DNA of 64,000 nt from Bacteroidia bacterium (GCA_020051175.1 JAGVJJ010000042.1:26720-90719), one strand, 5' to 3'; shown: positions 44,418-53,271, numbered from the stretch's first letter. A program made the numbers and translations. Notes: a model not told the origin generated them from the letters alone.

Positions 44418-45887
44418 TCAGTTTATTTTATTATTCTTTTTAGGCCAGGTGAAAGTGAATGTTGTTCCTTTTCCAAATTCTGATTCAACCTTAATTGTTG
44501 CTTTCTGATCATCAATAATTTTTTTCACTATTGCCAGCCCCACCCCTGTGCTTTCAAAAGCATCACGCTCACGCAGGGTCTGGAAAATCATAAATATTTT
44601 ATCATAGTACTCTGACTGTATTCCTGCACCATTGTCCCTTACTTCAAACTGGTAATAACTTTCCAGCTCAATACACAAAATTTGAATATTGCCCTTCTCC
44701 TTATCGGAATATTTTACTGCATTTGTGATAAGATTTGAAAACACCTGTTCCAGCCTTAATCTTTCTGTAGTAAAAACGGGCATTTCACCAATTTCCACAT
44801 CAAATTTTTTAGGTACAAGCACCTCTACCAGATCAGAAAGCATATTTTTCACATTCACTGTTTCCAGGGCCATATTGGTACGCCCAATCCGGGCGTATTC
44901 CAGCAGACCGTTAATCATACTTTCTAACCGCAAAGCACGGCCCTTAATTAAATCAATATGTTTTTGTATTTCAGGAGTCATATCCTTATGGTGATCCTCC
45001 TCCATCCATTTGGTAATATTTATAATACCTCTCAAAGGTGCTTTTAAATCGTGTGATACGATGTAAGCAAACTGATCAAGCTCTTTATTTTTAAATGTTA
45101 AATCGCGAAAATTTTTATCCAGCGTTTTCGACATCAGGTTCAGCGATTCCGACAGCTTCTGCAATTCATCCTGCTTATTGTCTGAAATCGCTTTGAAATT
45201 CCCTTTAGAAATTTCCTGTGCAAGGGTCACCATTCTTGAAATACGGTTAGTGATAATCCTCACAATATAAAAGCAGGTGATGATGGCCAGTGAAAGTGAA
45301 AACAGAGTAAGCGCGAGGTTAATATTCCCGGTGCTGACCAAGGAACTTTCCAGCGCTTCCCTTCTAAGTTTTCTTAAACTGTATTCATGTCCGTCAAAGG
45401 CAATAAATATTCTTCGGATTTCATCATTCAGCTTTTTGCCGACTTCCTTTTTTAAACGCGTTTCAAAAAGTTCCTTGTATTTTATTCCCGATTCAGGCAG
45501 TGTATCTCTTTTAGTTGAGATGAGATCATTCGCATAATTTACCCACCTGGTATGCAATACATTAATGGAATCCAGGCGTACTTTTTGCTTTGGGGCAGTG
45601 ACAAGGGCACGCTGTTGCTTCAATAATGGAGGCACCTTTTCAATTCCATCATTATAAGTTGAAAGGAAAACTTCCTGCCCGGTAAGCAGGAAGCCCCTGA
45701 AACCACTTTGCATATCAGTCATCGACTTATTTAGCAAGTCCGAATTCCTGAGCACAGTTTCCGACTCTCCCAGGTAAACTATATTCTTTTTCACCTCGCG
45801 GGAAAGACTCTGATTCACCAGGAAATTAATTAAGAAAATGACTATCAGAAATGCAAAACCAATAAAAAGCCTTAAGCGTATTGTCAT
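44418..45887 (-). CDS. Sensor histidine kinase with CHASE3 periplasmic domain, HAMP, HisKA, HATPase_c
   Basis: N-terminal TM segment, then the CHASE3 pattern (MQSGFRGFLLTGQEVFLSTYNDG). Second TM segment plus HAMP. H-box FAYIVSHDLKAPLRGI; N box NLITNAVKYS; G boxes DNGAGI, GVGLAIVKK. Confidence 0.9.
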   Translation of the reverse strand: MTIRLRLFIGFAFLIVIFLINFLVNQSLSREVKKNIVYLGESETVLRNSDLLNKSMTDMQSGFRGFLLTGQEVFLSTYNDGIEKVPPLLKQQRALVTAPKQKVRLDSINVLHTRWVNYANDLISTKRDTLPESGIKYKELFETRLKKEVGKKLNDEIRRIFIAFDGHEYSLRKLRREALESSLVSTGNINLALTLFSLSLAIITCFYIVRIITNRISRMVTLAQEISKGNFKAISDNKQDELQKLSESLNLMSKTLDKNFRDLTFKNKELDQFAYIVSHDLKAPLRGIINITKWMEEDHHKDMTPEIQKHIDLIKGRALRLESMINGLLEYARIGRTNMALETVNVKNMLSDLVEVLVPKKFDVEIGEMPVFTTERLRLEQVFSNLITNAVKYSDKEKGNIQILCIELESYYQFEVRDNGAGIQSEYYDKIFMIFQTLRERDAFESTGVGLAIVKKIIDDQKATIKVESEFGKGTTFTFTWPKKNNKIN

Positions 45888-46025
45888 ACTTTATCTATTG
45901 GATTGCAAAATTGCGGAAAAAAAAAGGAAGATATTTACAGATAAAACTACAAAGTTTACATTCTGAAGTTATTCCTTAATAATGGGAAGAAGGCTGATTT
46001 ACAAGCTGAGAATTCAGGTCTATCT

Positions 46026-46175
46026 TTATTGGTTATCTGTTATTGGTTATTGGTTATTGGTTATCTGTTATCTGTTATCTGTTATCTGCTATCTGTTATC
46101 TGTTATGGATTATTAGAGTTAACTAATAGCCAATAAACTAATAACTAATAACTAATAACCAATAACTAATAACAG
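46026..46175. repeat. Heptamer-word imperfect palindrome, same family as 6478-6667: (TTATTGG/TTATCTG)n vs (AACTAAT/ACCAATA)n
   Basis: The left arm (46026-46108) is a tandem array of TTATTGG and TTATCTG words. The right arm (46118-46175) is an array of AACTAAT/AACCAAT words. It lies 15 nt beyond the stop of the upstream (minus-strand) gene at 46191. Contains no ORF. Confidence 0.85.
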
Positions 46176-46190
46176 TCAACACATAATCCA

Positions 46191-47633
46191 CTACGGCCTG
46201 ACAGAAACAGAATAGGGATCTACAGAGACTTCAACCTTCTTGTCGTTTACACCTTCTTTTACAAGGCTGAGTGTATTCATATCAATAAAGGTTATATATC
46301 CGTTTCGGCCGGCACAAACACTTGAATGGTGAGGTACGGGTCCATCCTGCGTAGCATTGCGGTTTGCCACATATACCATGTTTTTCGAGTCGTCAGCAGC
46401 AAGCCCGTGCGGTTGATGACCGGTATAAATTGTTTTTACCAGCGTATTGGAACTCATATTGATTACGGCAATGGAACCTGTTTTGCCGGGAAAAGAAGTA
46501 ACGTCTTCCATGCAGCTTACAAACAGGTAATCAGAAGCTGCAGAAACAGTCATTTCAGAAGGCATGGCCCCTACCGGTATTACAGCCAGTAATTGATCTG
46601 TTCCTTGTTGAAAAATACGCAATTCGGAAGTACCCTGGCAGGTAACAAAATATTTGCTTCCATCGGGCGAAAATAGAACTTCATGTGGTTTAAGCGCACT
46701 GGCAGGTGGTGATGAAAACAAATCGATTTCAACAAATGACGAAAAATCACTTACTGGTAATTTATACATTTTGCTTCCCTCCTGCTGTGTCACATACAAT
46801 GTATCCCCAGCGGGATTAAGACAAGAGCCATGAGGAAAATTAAATCCTGCATTGTGTTCAACCGTAAGCGAATTTAAATCAACAATTGCAATATCACCTG
46901 TAGCGCTCCAATCCACAACGTAAGCCTTTTGCCCGTCATTGCTGATGGTTAAAGTATTCCAGTAATGAACACCAAGTATGGCTTCACCCACAAAACCATC
47001 ATCGCTGGTGCGGTACTTTTGAAGGGAATTGCCATTCAATGAAATTACGTACCAGTACTGCCCGTCTGGCGAAACCTTAATCATGTGTGGTGCTTCTATA
47101 CCTCCCGTATTGCCGGCATCAATGTACCGCATGGGCAATAATGTTTCCTGGTCAAGTACTGTAACTACATCACAGCCCTGGTTAACCACATATATTTTTT
47201 TCCGGTTAGGGTTATCAGCAAATTTAATATTCCCTTCCCTATCTGGTGCTCCGTTGGCAATCCATTGTTTGATCATCACTACTTCCTCACGTGACAAGGG
47301 TTCCTTATTAAAAGGCATGGTTGGCACATGTGCAAGGCCCAGATCAGAAAAAGTATTTGTATAGGTAAAAAAAGAACTGTACTCAGGCCGGAATGGAATA
47401 ACCGCTGCACTTCCTGTACCTCCCTCAAACAATTTGTCCCAGCTTTCCATCGATATCCCTGCAGCGGCAGCTTTGCTGGCATCTGTATGACAGCCGGGAG
47501 TGGCGCATTTTGTAAAAACAAGCTTACCTATGTCATTGGGATATTTGTTGTAATCAGGTATGCCTTTGTCGCGGCTACAGCCAGTAACAAACAAAACAAA
47601 GACAAATAGATAAAAAAAAGGATATTTTTCCAT
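46191..47633 (-). CDS. Lipoprotein: N-terminal cytochrome-c-like (PSCyt-like) module with CX4CH + YVTN-type beta-propeller
   Basis: ATG 47633 gives MEKYPFFYLFVFVLFVTGCSRD (lipobox). LVFTKCATPGCHTD...GG.GSAAVIPFRPE.S resembles planctomycete-type cytochrome c domains. The rest has YVTN/LVIVD-like blade repeats (IYVVNQGCDVVTV, YVVDWSATGDIAIVDL, LYVTQQEGSKMY, MVYVANRN). Confidence 0.7.
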   Translation of the reverse strand: MEKYPFFYLFVFVLFVTGCSRDKGIPDYNKYPNDIGKLVFTKCATPGCHTDASKAAAAGISMESWDKLFEGGTGSAAVIPFRPEYSSFFTYTNTFSDLGLAHVPTMPFNKEPLSREEVVMIKQWIANGAPDREGNIKFADNPNRKKIYVVNQGCDVVTVLDQETLLPMRYIDAGNTGGIEAPHMIKVSPDGQYWYVISLNGNSLQKYRTSDDGFVGEAILGVHYWNTLTISNDGQKAYVVDWSATGDIAIVDLNSLTVEHNAGFNFPHGSCLNPAGDTLYVTQQEGSKMYKLPVSDFSSFVEIDLFSSPPASALKPHEVLFSPDGSKYFVTCQGTSELRIFQQGTDQLLAVIPVGAMPSEMTVSAASDYLFVSCMEDVTSFPGKTGSIAVINMSSNTLVKTIYTGHQPHGLAADDSKNMVYVANRNATQDGPVPHHSSVCAGRNGYITFIDMNTLSLVKEGVNDKKVEVSVDPYSVSVRP

Positions 47634-47725
47634 CACAAAATCACCACATCAACAACTATTGTAGATGTATATAAAGATAATCAATTTAAATGAAAAAAGT
47701 AAATTCATTCATTTAAAACTGCCAG

Positions 47726-47744
47726 GACAATACCTGACAATACC
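47726..47744. repeat. Tandem word (T)GACAATACC x2 just downstream of a minus-strand stop codon
   Basis: gacaatacctgacaatacc lies 22 nt beyond the stop at 47766-47768. Confidence 0.5.
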
Positions 47745-47765
47745 AATAGCCGTTTTCAGGAAAAC

Positions 47766-48137
47766 TTATTCCGAGATAGGTACATCCGTTATTTTGGCTT
47801 CAGTCTTTTTTAGCACTATCCCTATCCCGCCATTCAGGCTCTGCATATTTAAAGTGTCAAAAGCGGTGGCGTACAAATAGTAATCGCCTTTCTGCAAATT
47901 CGTAAATTCATATTTTGCATTGGCATCTGCCACGGTTGATGCATCATAAATTGCTACTTCCTCGCCCGGAAACTCGGTTGCCCCATATTTAATATATACT
48001 ACTGCATGAGGGACTACCATTGCGTGATGTTTTACAAAGCCGCTCACGCTGGCCCTTCCTCCCAAACCTTCTTTTCTGCAGGAAGCAAACAAAATACCGA
48101 TACCTGCTACTAAAATTACTTTGCTTAAAATTTTCAT
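47766..48137 (-). CDS. Small lipoprotein with carboxypeptidase-regulatory/Ig-like fold, unknown function
   Basis: MKILSKVILVAGIGILFASCRKEG (lipobox). SVSGFVKH....VPHAVVYIKYG resembles CarboxypepD_reg-like strands. Confidence 0.65.
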   Translation of the reverse strand: MKILSKVILVAGIGILFASCRKEGLGGRASVSGFVKHHAMVVPHAVVYIKYGATEFPGEEVAIYDASTVADANAKYEFTNLQKGDYYLYATAFDTLNMQSLNGGIGIVLKKTEAKITDVPISE

Positions 48138-48208
48138 CGTTTATATTTTATTCAAATTTCTTAAAAACAAAAGGCTAACATAATCTCTATACTCATCGAA
48201 CCAAAGCA

Positions 48209-48244
48209 TCAACCTTAAACTTTAAACCTTCAACCCTTCAACGG
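48209..48244. repeat. Tandem heptamers (TTnAACC x5) spanning the stop codon of the sigma-54 activator gene
   Basis: atcaacc ttaaact ttaaacc ttcaacc cttcaac gg. On the coding (minus) strand this reads CCG TTG AAG GGT TGA AGGTTTAAAGTTTAAGGTTGAT, so the last four codons and the stop are part of the array. No inverted partner seen. Confidence 0.7.
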
Positions 48245-49396
48245 CCTGGCATAGGCAATCACATCTTTATCCGTAATGGTTTTATCACATAAAATAATCA
48301 ACCGTTCTACAACGTTTCTGAACTCGCGTATATTGCCGGTCCAGTTCAATTTCTGGAGTTCTTTTATCGCATCTTTTGTAAACGACTTAAGCGGCATACC
48401 ATAATCCTCGCAAACCAGCTTCAAAAAATGTTCTGCCAGAAGTGGAATATCTTCTTTCCGCTCATTCAATGATGGCACATGAATAAGGATAACACTTAGA
48501 CGGTGGTACAAGTCTTCACGGAAATTGCCATTGGCAATTTCTTTTTGCAAATCTTTATTTGTTGCAGCCACTACACGCACGTTTACTTTTATTTCTTTCT
48601 CGCCCCCAACGCGTGTGATTTTATTTTCCTGTAAGGCGCGCAATACTTTTGCCTGGGCCGGCAAACTCATGTCCCCTATTTCGTCCAAAAAGAGCGTTCC
48701 TCCTTCGGCTTGTTCAAATTTACCTTTTCGCTGGTTTACTGCTGAAGTAAATGCTCCTTTTTCATGCCCAAACAGCTCACTTTCAATTAGTTCACCGGGA
48801 ATGGCAGCACAATTCACCTCTACCAACGGAGCTCCCGAGCGGTGGCTCTTTTCATGCAACCACCTGGCAACCAACTCTTTACCACTCCCATTACCACCGG
48901 TTATCAATACACGGGCATCGGTTGGGGCTACGCGTTCAATCATTTCCTGTATCTGCACAATGGCTTTCGATTCACCAACCATATCGAACGTTTTGCTCAC
49001 TTTCTTCTTCAACACCTTGGTTTCTGTCACTAGGGTAGATTTATCCATCGCATTGCGTAAAGTCACCAGCAACCTATTCAAATCCAGCGGTTTAGCAATA
49101 AAATCAAACGCGCCTTTTTTTACTGCTTCTACCGCTGTTTCAATGGTTCCATGTCCGGAGATCATTACCACAGGAGTATCTGCCGAAAGCTGCATCACTT
49201 TATCAAGCAATTCAATACCATCCATTTTTGGCATTTTAATATCGCACAATATCATGTCAAATTTACCTTTTTGGATCATCCCAAGTCCCTCAACACCATC
49301 TGCGGCCTCTTCTACCTGGTATTTTTCATATTCAAGGATTTCACGTAATGTTTTACGGATGCTTTTTTCATCGTCAATTATCAGTACTTTCTTCAT
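48230..49396 (-). CDS. Sigma-54-dependent response regulator (REC + AAA+ activator) lacking a C-terminal HTH domain
   Basis: REC domain: VLIIDDEKSIR, DMILCDIKMPKMDGIELL, GAFDFIAKP. AAA+ domain: Walker A GGNGSGKE, ESELFGHEKGAFTSA (GAFTGA variant), Walker B LFLDEIGDM, R-finger region FREDLYHRL. The protein ends right after the AAA+ lid at aa 388. Confidence 0.9.
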   Translation of the reverse strand: MKKVLIIDDEKSIRKTLREILEYEKYQVEEAADGVEGLGMIQKGKFDMILCDIKMPKMDGIELLDKVMQLSADTPVVMISGHGTIETAVEAVKKGAFDFIAKPLDLNRLLVTLRNAMDKSTLVTETKVLKKKVSKTFDMVGESKAIVQIQEMIERVAPTDARVLITGGNGSGKELVARWLHEKSHRSGAPLVEVNCAAIPGELIESELFGHEKGAFTSAVNQRKGKFEQAEGGTLFLDEIGDMSLPAQAKVLRALQENKITRVGGEKEIKVNVRVVAATNKDLQKEIANGNFREDLYHRLSVILIHVPSLNERKEDIPLLAEHFLKLVCEDYGMPLKSFTKDAIKELQKLNWTGNIREFRNVVERLIILCDKTITDKDVIAYARPLKG

Positions 49397-49605
49397 AGTT
49401 TTTATGGAAACAGTTTCAATGTTTATTCAAAAGTTTACCCAAATCATTCCACCAGCACATTCCGGCTGATTTTTACACCCGGACCAATGTTTTTTACAAA
49501 TCTTCACAAGCTTCCTCAAACAAAAATAAAGCTTTTTTGCAATAAACCTTGTTTTTACCATCCTGTTTTATTTACCGCAAAGGTTGATTTATCTTCTGCT
49601 TTTTA

Positions 49606-49613
49606 TATATTTG
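49606..49613 (+). promoter_or_regulatory. Bacteroidota -7 promoter box TATATTTG
   Basis: Perfect TAnnTTTG 43 nt upstream of ATG 49656. Confidence 0.5.
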
Positions 49614-49655
49614 CATCTGGTAGTTAATTAGTTAAATTAGAATAAAACCTATAGA

Positions 49656-51173
49656 ATGAGAAAATTTTTACTTGCTTCCGTACTTTCCTGCTTCCTGCTT
49701 CAGGCCAATGCACAAACTCCTATCACCATTACATCTGCAGATATGCCTATGCCTGATAAAATGCTTATAAAAGCAAAGGATACACTCACAGCAGTGGCTC
49801 TAGGAATGCCTGATACAGCAGCACAAGCATGGAACTTCACTGCCGTAACAGAGCACACAAGGGATACGTCTATTGTTATGTCGTATGCAGATTTTCCAAA
49901 CTCCCTGTTCTCTACAGCAAATACTGTTATACGCCAGGGGAACAGCACATTTTATGGTTACCTGATTAACTCATCATCCAGCTTTTCATTGATTGGAGGC
50001 AGCGGTTTGGTGGATATACAGGGCTCCCTTACACCAATTAATCAAACAAGCGACCCGGCAGAAATCCTGTTTACCTTCCCTGCATCGTATGACAGCAGCT
50101 ATACCAATAATTTCAGCACAGACGCAAAATTCTATTTCGGACAAGTGGTTTCGGGCTTTACAATCGACTCGATACACCGAATATCATCTATAGAAAAAAC
50201 AGCAATAGTGGATGCCTGGGGTACTTTAACAACACAGATGGGCGGCCCGTATGATGTTATCCGTGTAAAAGAGGTAAAAACAAGCTACGATACTGTTCTG
50301 GCGTACTTTTTTGGCGACTGGAACAATGTTCCGGGAGGTATTACCGCTACCCAAACTACCAATTATTACTGGTGGGCAAATGGCATTGGAACTGCTTTAG
50401 CTTCAGCAGCTGTAGATTCAAGCGGCAATGTTGTGAATTTTGAATGGCTTACCGAATATCCAGGTACACCACCCGTTGCAGCCAGCGTTACCTCAGCCGA
50501 TGCTTCCTGCCCCGGACAATGCGATGGTAGTGCTACCGTTACGGCCAAATGGGGAGCTGCTCCATATACATATTCGTGGAACACCAGTCCGGCACAAACA
50601 ACAGCAATGGCAACAGGTCTTTGCCCGGGAACTTATACTGTAACTGTAACTGATTCAATGTCGGTTTCAACCACTCAAACAGTAACTATCGGTATGCCTG
50701 ATGCAGTTGCTATAACTGCCAGCGGTGCTACTTTAACTGCTACAGCAGGAACCAGCTATCAGTGGTACATGAACGATACCCTCATCACTGGCGCTACGGC
50801 CATGACGTATACTGTTTCACAGAACGGGAATTATACGGTTGCGGTAACCACCGGCAGCTGTACCGATACATCAGCGGCATACAGCTTTACTACAATTGGA
50901 ATTGCTGAAAATTCTGCGTTTGCAAACATCAGCGTATACCCTAACCCGGTTAACAGCATAGTTACCATCGCTTTTGATGCGTTTAACACCAAACAGCCTG
51001 TTACAGTTGAAGTTAAGAACGAACTTGGCCAAAGCCTGAAAAAAACAGTAGTAAGCCCTGCTGCCCTTAACAACAAGGTATCTTTTGATATGAGCGCGCT
51101 GCCACAAGGCATTTATTTTGTAAGCATGAAAGACAATGCTACTGTAATCAATAAAAAATTTATAAAACAATAA
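49656..51173 (+). CDS. T9SS-secreted protein with SprB-type repeat and Ig-like repeat
   Basis: Signal peptide MRKFLLASVLSCFLLQANAQ. SprB-like repeat: CPGQCDGSATVTAKWGAAPYTYSWN...GLCPGTYTVTVTD. YQWYMNDTLITGAT repeat. C-terminal T9SS domain: VYPNPVNSIVTIAF...GIYFVSMKD. Confidence 0.8.
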   Translation: MRKFLLASVLSCFLLQANAQTPITITSADMPMPDKMLIKAKDTLTAVALGMPDTAAQAWNFTAVTEHTRDTSIVMSYADFPNSLFSTANTVIRQGNSTFYGYLINSSSSFSLIGGSGLVDIQGSLTPINQTSDPAEILFTFPASYDSSYTNNFSTDAKFYFGQVVSGFTIDSIHRISSIEKTAIVDAWGTLTTQMGGPYDVIRVKEVKTSYDTVLAYFFGDWNNVPGGITATQTTNYYWWANGIGTALASAAVDSSGNVVNFEWLTEYPGTPPVAASVTSADASCPGQCDGSATVTAKWGAAPYTYSWNTSPAQTTAMATGLCPGTYTVTVTDSMSVSTTQTVTIGMPDAVAITASGATLTATAGTSYQWYMNDTLITGATAMTYTVSQNGNYTVAVTTGSCTDTSAAYSFTTIGIAENSAFANISVYPNPVNSIVTIAFDAFNTKQPVTVEVKNELGQSLKKTVVSPAALNNKVSFDMSALPQGIYFVSMKDNATVINKKFIKQ

Positions 51174-51201
51174 AACTGAATAGAATTTAAATAAACAAAA
51201 T

Positions 51202-52143
51202 ATGAAAAAAATACTACTTACTGTTTCTGTGCTTGCTTCGTCAGCGGCAGCCATGATGGCACAAACCACACCTGATTTTAGCTTTGAAACATGGAACAAT
51301 GTTCCATTCAGCACTACTGTACAGGACCCGCAAGGCTGGGCCAGCTTAAATGTTTTAAATGTATTTACAGCCACTCAGCTTTCTGTATTTAAAGAAACAA
51401 CCAGTCCTGCAGAAGGGGCAACAAGTGCCAAAATAAGTACTGTGAAAATTACTGGTGCGGCTATCCCTAATCCGTACCAGACCGGTAATTTGGATACTGC
51501 CGGACTTCTGGCAATTGGTCAGCTGATTACCGCTCCTTCACCTGGCATTAAATATGGTTTTAACTATACCTGGAGGCCAACAATACTTTCATTCCAGTCG
51601 AAATACACACCTATGACTGGTGATTCAGCCTTTGTATTTGCCCTTCTTACGAAGTGGAACGGTACTGGTCGTGATACTATTGCATGGGGAACTTATGCAA
51701 CAGGCGATGCAACTACCAGCTACTCTCTAAACAGCTTAAATATGACATACAATCCCAGCTTTTCAATGGTATCTCCTGACTCTCAGCAGGTATTCATTTC
51801 TTCCAGCGTTTTCAGGCACGATGGAGCTAAAATAGGAAGTACTTTTTATATTGATGATATGGAATGGACTGGCTGGAACAGCATCAGCGAACTAAATGGC
51901 TCAAATGCAACCGTTACTGTGTACCCTAATCCAGCCACAACCGAAATTAATTTTAGCTGCAGTACAGATATGGCTTCAATCGAAGTTTCTGATATTACTG
52001 GTCGCCTCATTGGTACATACCCGGCAAACCAGAATAAGGTAAGCGTAGCTACCGGCAATTTTGTTGCAGGCATGTATATCTATACCGTAAAAGATGAAAA
52101 CAAACAGATTATTGGCAGAAGCCGCTTTGAGATAACAAAATAA
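51202..52143 (+). CDS. T9SS-secreted PCMD-like (putative carbohydrate-metabolism domain) protein
   Basis: Signal peptide MKKILLTVSVLASSAAAMMAQ. DFSFETWNN.....VQDPQGWASLNV resembles the PCMD domain start. C-terminal T9SS domain: VYPNPATTEINFSC...GMYIYTVKD. Confidence 0.7.
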   Translation: MKKILLTVSVLASSAAAMMAQTTPDFSFETWNNVPFSTTVQDPQGWASLNVLNVFTATQLSVFKETTSPAEGATSAKISTVKITGAAIPNPYQTGNLDTAGLLAIGQLITAPSPGIKYGFNYTWRPTILSFQSKYTPMTGDSAFVFALLTKWNGTGRDTIAWGTYATGDATTSYSLNSLNMTYNPSFSMVSPDSQQVFISSSVFRHDGAKIGSTFYIDDMEWTGWNSISELNGSNATVTVYPNPATTEINFSCSTDMASIEVSDITGRLIGTYPANQNKVSVATGNFVAGMYIYTVKDENKQIIGRSRFEITK

Positions 52144-52246
52144 TTTTTACGAACAAGCAGTTGCTTTTTAGCTGAACTTTTATATCTTTACCTTAAAATT
52201 AAAACCTGGTTTACAAGGATTTACTAATTAAAGAATAGTTAAAACA

Positions 52247-53116
52247 ATGAAAAAACCATTACTTATCCTTACATGTCTTATGTTTGGTGCAGCTAGTGTA
52301 AACGCTCAGTTTACTGGCTTTACCGGATTTTCCGGTTTCTCAGGGTTCAGTGGCAGCAGTGGCGCTACCAGTTCCAGCGGAACAAGTGGCACAAGCGGGA
52401 CAAGTGGTACCAGTGGAACAAGCGGAACAAGCGGAACAAGTGGTACAAGTGGCACCAGTGGGTTTTCTGGCTTTTCAGGTTTTTCCGGGTTCTCAGGTTT
52501 TTCTGGCTTTTCGGGAACTTCAGGTACTTCAGGCACTTCAGGTACTTCAGGCACCAGTGGTACAAGCGGTACAAGCGGATTCTCCGGCTTTACAGGTTTC
52601 ACTGGTTTTACCGGCTTTACAGGTTTCAGCGGTTCATCCGGCAGTTCAGGAACATCTGGTACAAGTGGGTTTACAGGATTTAGCGGTTCGAGTGGCTCTA
52701 CAGGTTCAACAGGGTCAAGCGGATTTACAGGGTTTACCGGCTCAACGGGCTCATCCGGATTTACAGGATTTACAGGAAGCACAGGTTCTACCGGCTTTAC
52801 CGGTTCCAGCGGAATGACTGGTACTTCCGGGATGACAGGTAATACAGGCACTGCTATCATGGATGTAAAAGAAGCCAGTAACTTTGTGGTGGTGTTCCCG
52901 AATCCCGCATCTAATTTCATAAATTTCAAATACCTTACAGAGGCAAGCCAGATCGAAATTTATGATATAACCGGACGTTTAGCTGGCACTTATTCCGTAA
53001 CCAGTGAAACAGTGAATATTTCCACAACATCATTTGAACCGGGAACGTATTTTTATACTGTTTTAAATAATAAAAAGTCCTACATCGGAAAGGGTAAAAT
53101 ACTGATTATCAAATAA
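52247..53116 (+). CDS. T9SS-secreted collagen-like protein: ~58 G-(F/T/S)-(S/T) triplets + C-terminal sorting domain
   Basis: Signal peptide [21 protein letters not shown]. Residues 24-198 are almost pure GFS/GFT/GTS/GSS/GST triplets. C-terminal T9SS domain: [14 protein letters not shown]...[10 protein letters not shown]. Confidence 0.85.
   Translation: MKKPLLILTCLMFGAASVNAQFTGFTGFSGFSGFSGSSGATSSSGTSGTSGTSGTSGTSGTSGTSGTSGTSGFSGFSGFSGFSGFSGFSGTSGTSGTSGTSGTSGTSGTSGFSGFTGFTGFTGFTGFSGSSGSSGTSGTSGFTGFSGSSGSTGSTGSSGFTGFTGSTGSSGFTGFTGSTGSTGFTGSSGMTGTSGMTGNTGTAIMDVKEASNFVVVFPNPASNFINFKYLTEASQIEIYDITGRLAGTYSVTSETVNISTTSFEPGTYFYTVLNNKKSYIGKGKILIIK
52316..52840 (+). repeat. Coding 9-nt (triplet-of-codons) tandem repeat tract of the collagen-like gene
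   Basis: Runs of ggcttttca/ggtttctca (GFS), ggaacaagc/ggtacaagt (GTS) and ggctttaca (GFT). It generates spurious long ORFs in other frames and on the opposite strand. Confidence 0.9.
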
Positions 53117-53133
53117 CTCCCCCCCCAATTACT

Positions 53134-53168
53134 AAAAGGCATTAATGGTAGACATTAATGCCTTTTTT
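53134..53168 (+). terminator. Rho-independent terminator
   Basis: AAAA-ggcattaatg-gtaga-cattaatgcc-TTTTTT: a perfect 10-bp stem (53138-53147 / 53153-53162) 18 nt after the stop. Confidence 0.9.
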
Positions 53169-53271
53169 GTTTCATCTTATCCTCAAAACCATTTATTTCC
53201 TTATTGCTGCCGAATACTTGACAAAAGCAGCTGATATTCGTCATGTTCAGCATACATATTCTGGCTTTAGC

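Noticed and set aside
47700-47730. TGGCAG-containing sequence upstream of the propeller lipoprotein gene as a sigma-54 promoter
   Set aside because: The -12 element is missing (GG-N10 is followed by TG, not GC), so it does not fit the TGGCAC-N5-TTGC consensus.
48525-49469. 314-aa plus-strand ORF antisense to the sigma-54 activator
   Set aside because: It is Ser/Thr/Pro-rich with no motifs, and it lies entirely within a gene whose sense frame carries unmistakable REC and AAA+ motifs.
52306-52929. 207-aa minus-strand ORF and 155-aa/69-aa alternative-frame ORFs overlapping the collagen-like T9SS gene
   Set aside because: Same artefact: these are the antisense or shifted frame of the GFS/GTS repeat tract. 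The plus-strand frame alone has a signal peptide and a T9SS sorting domain.
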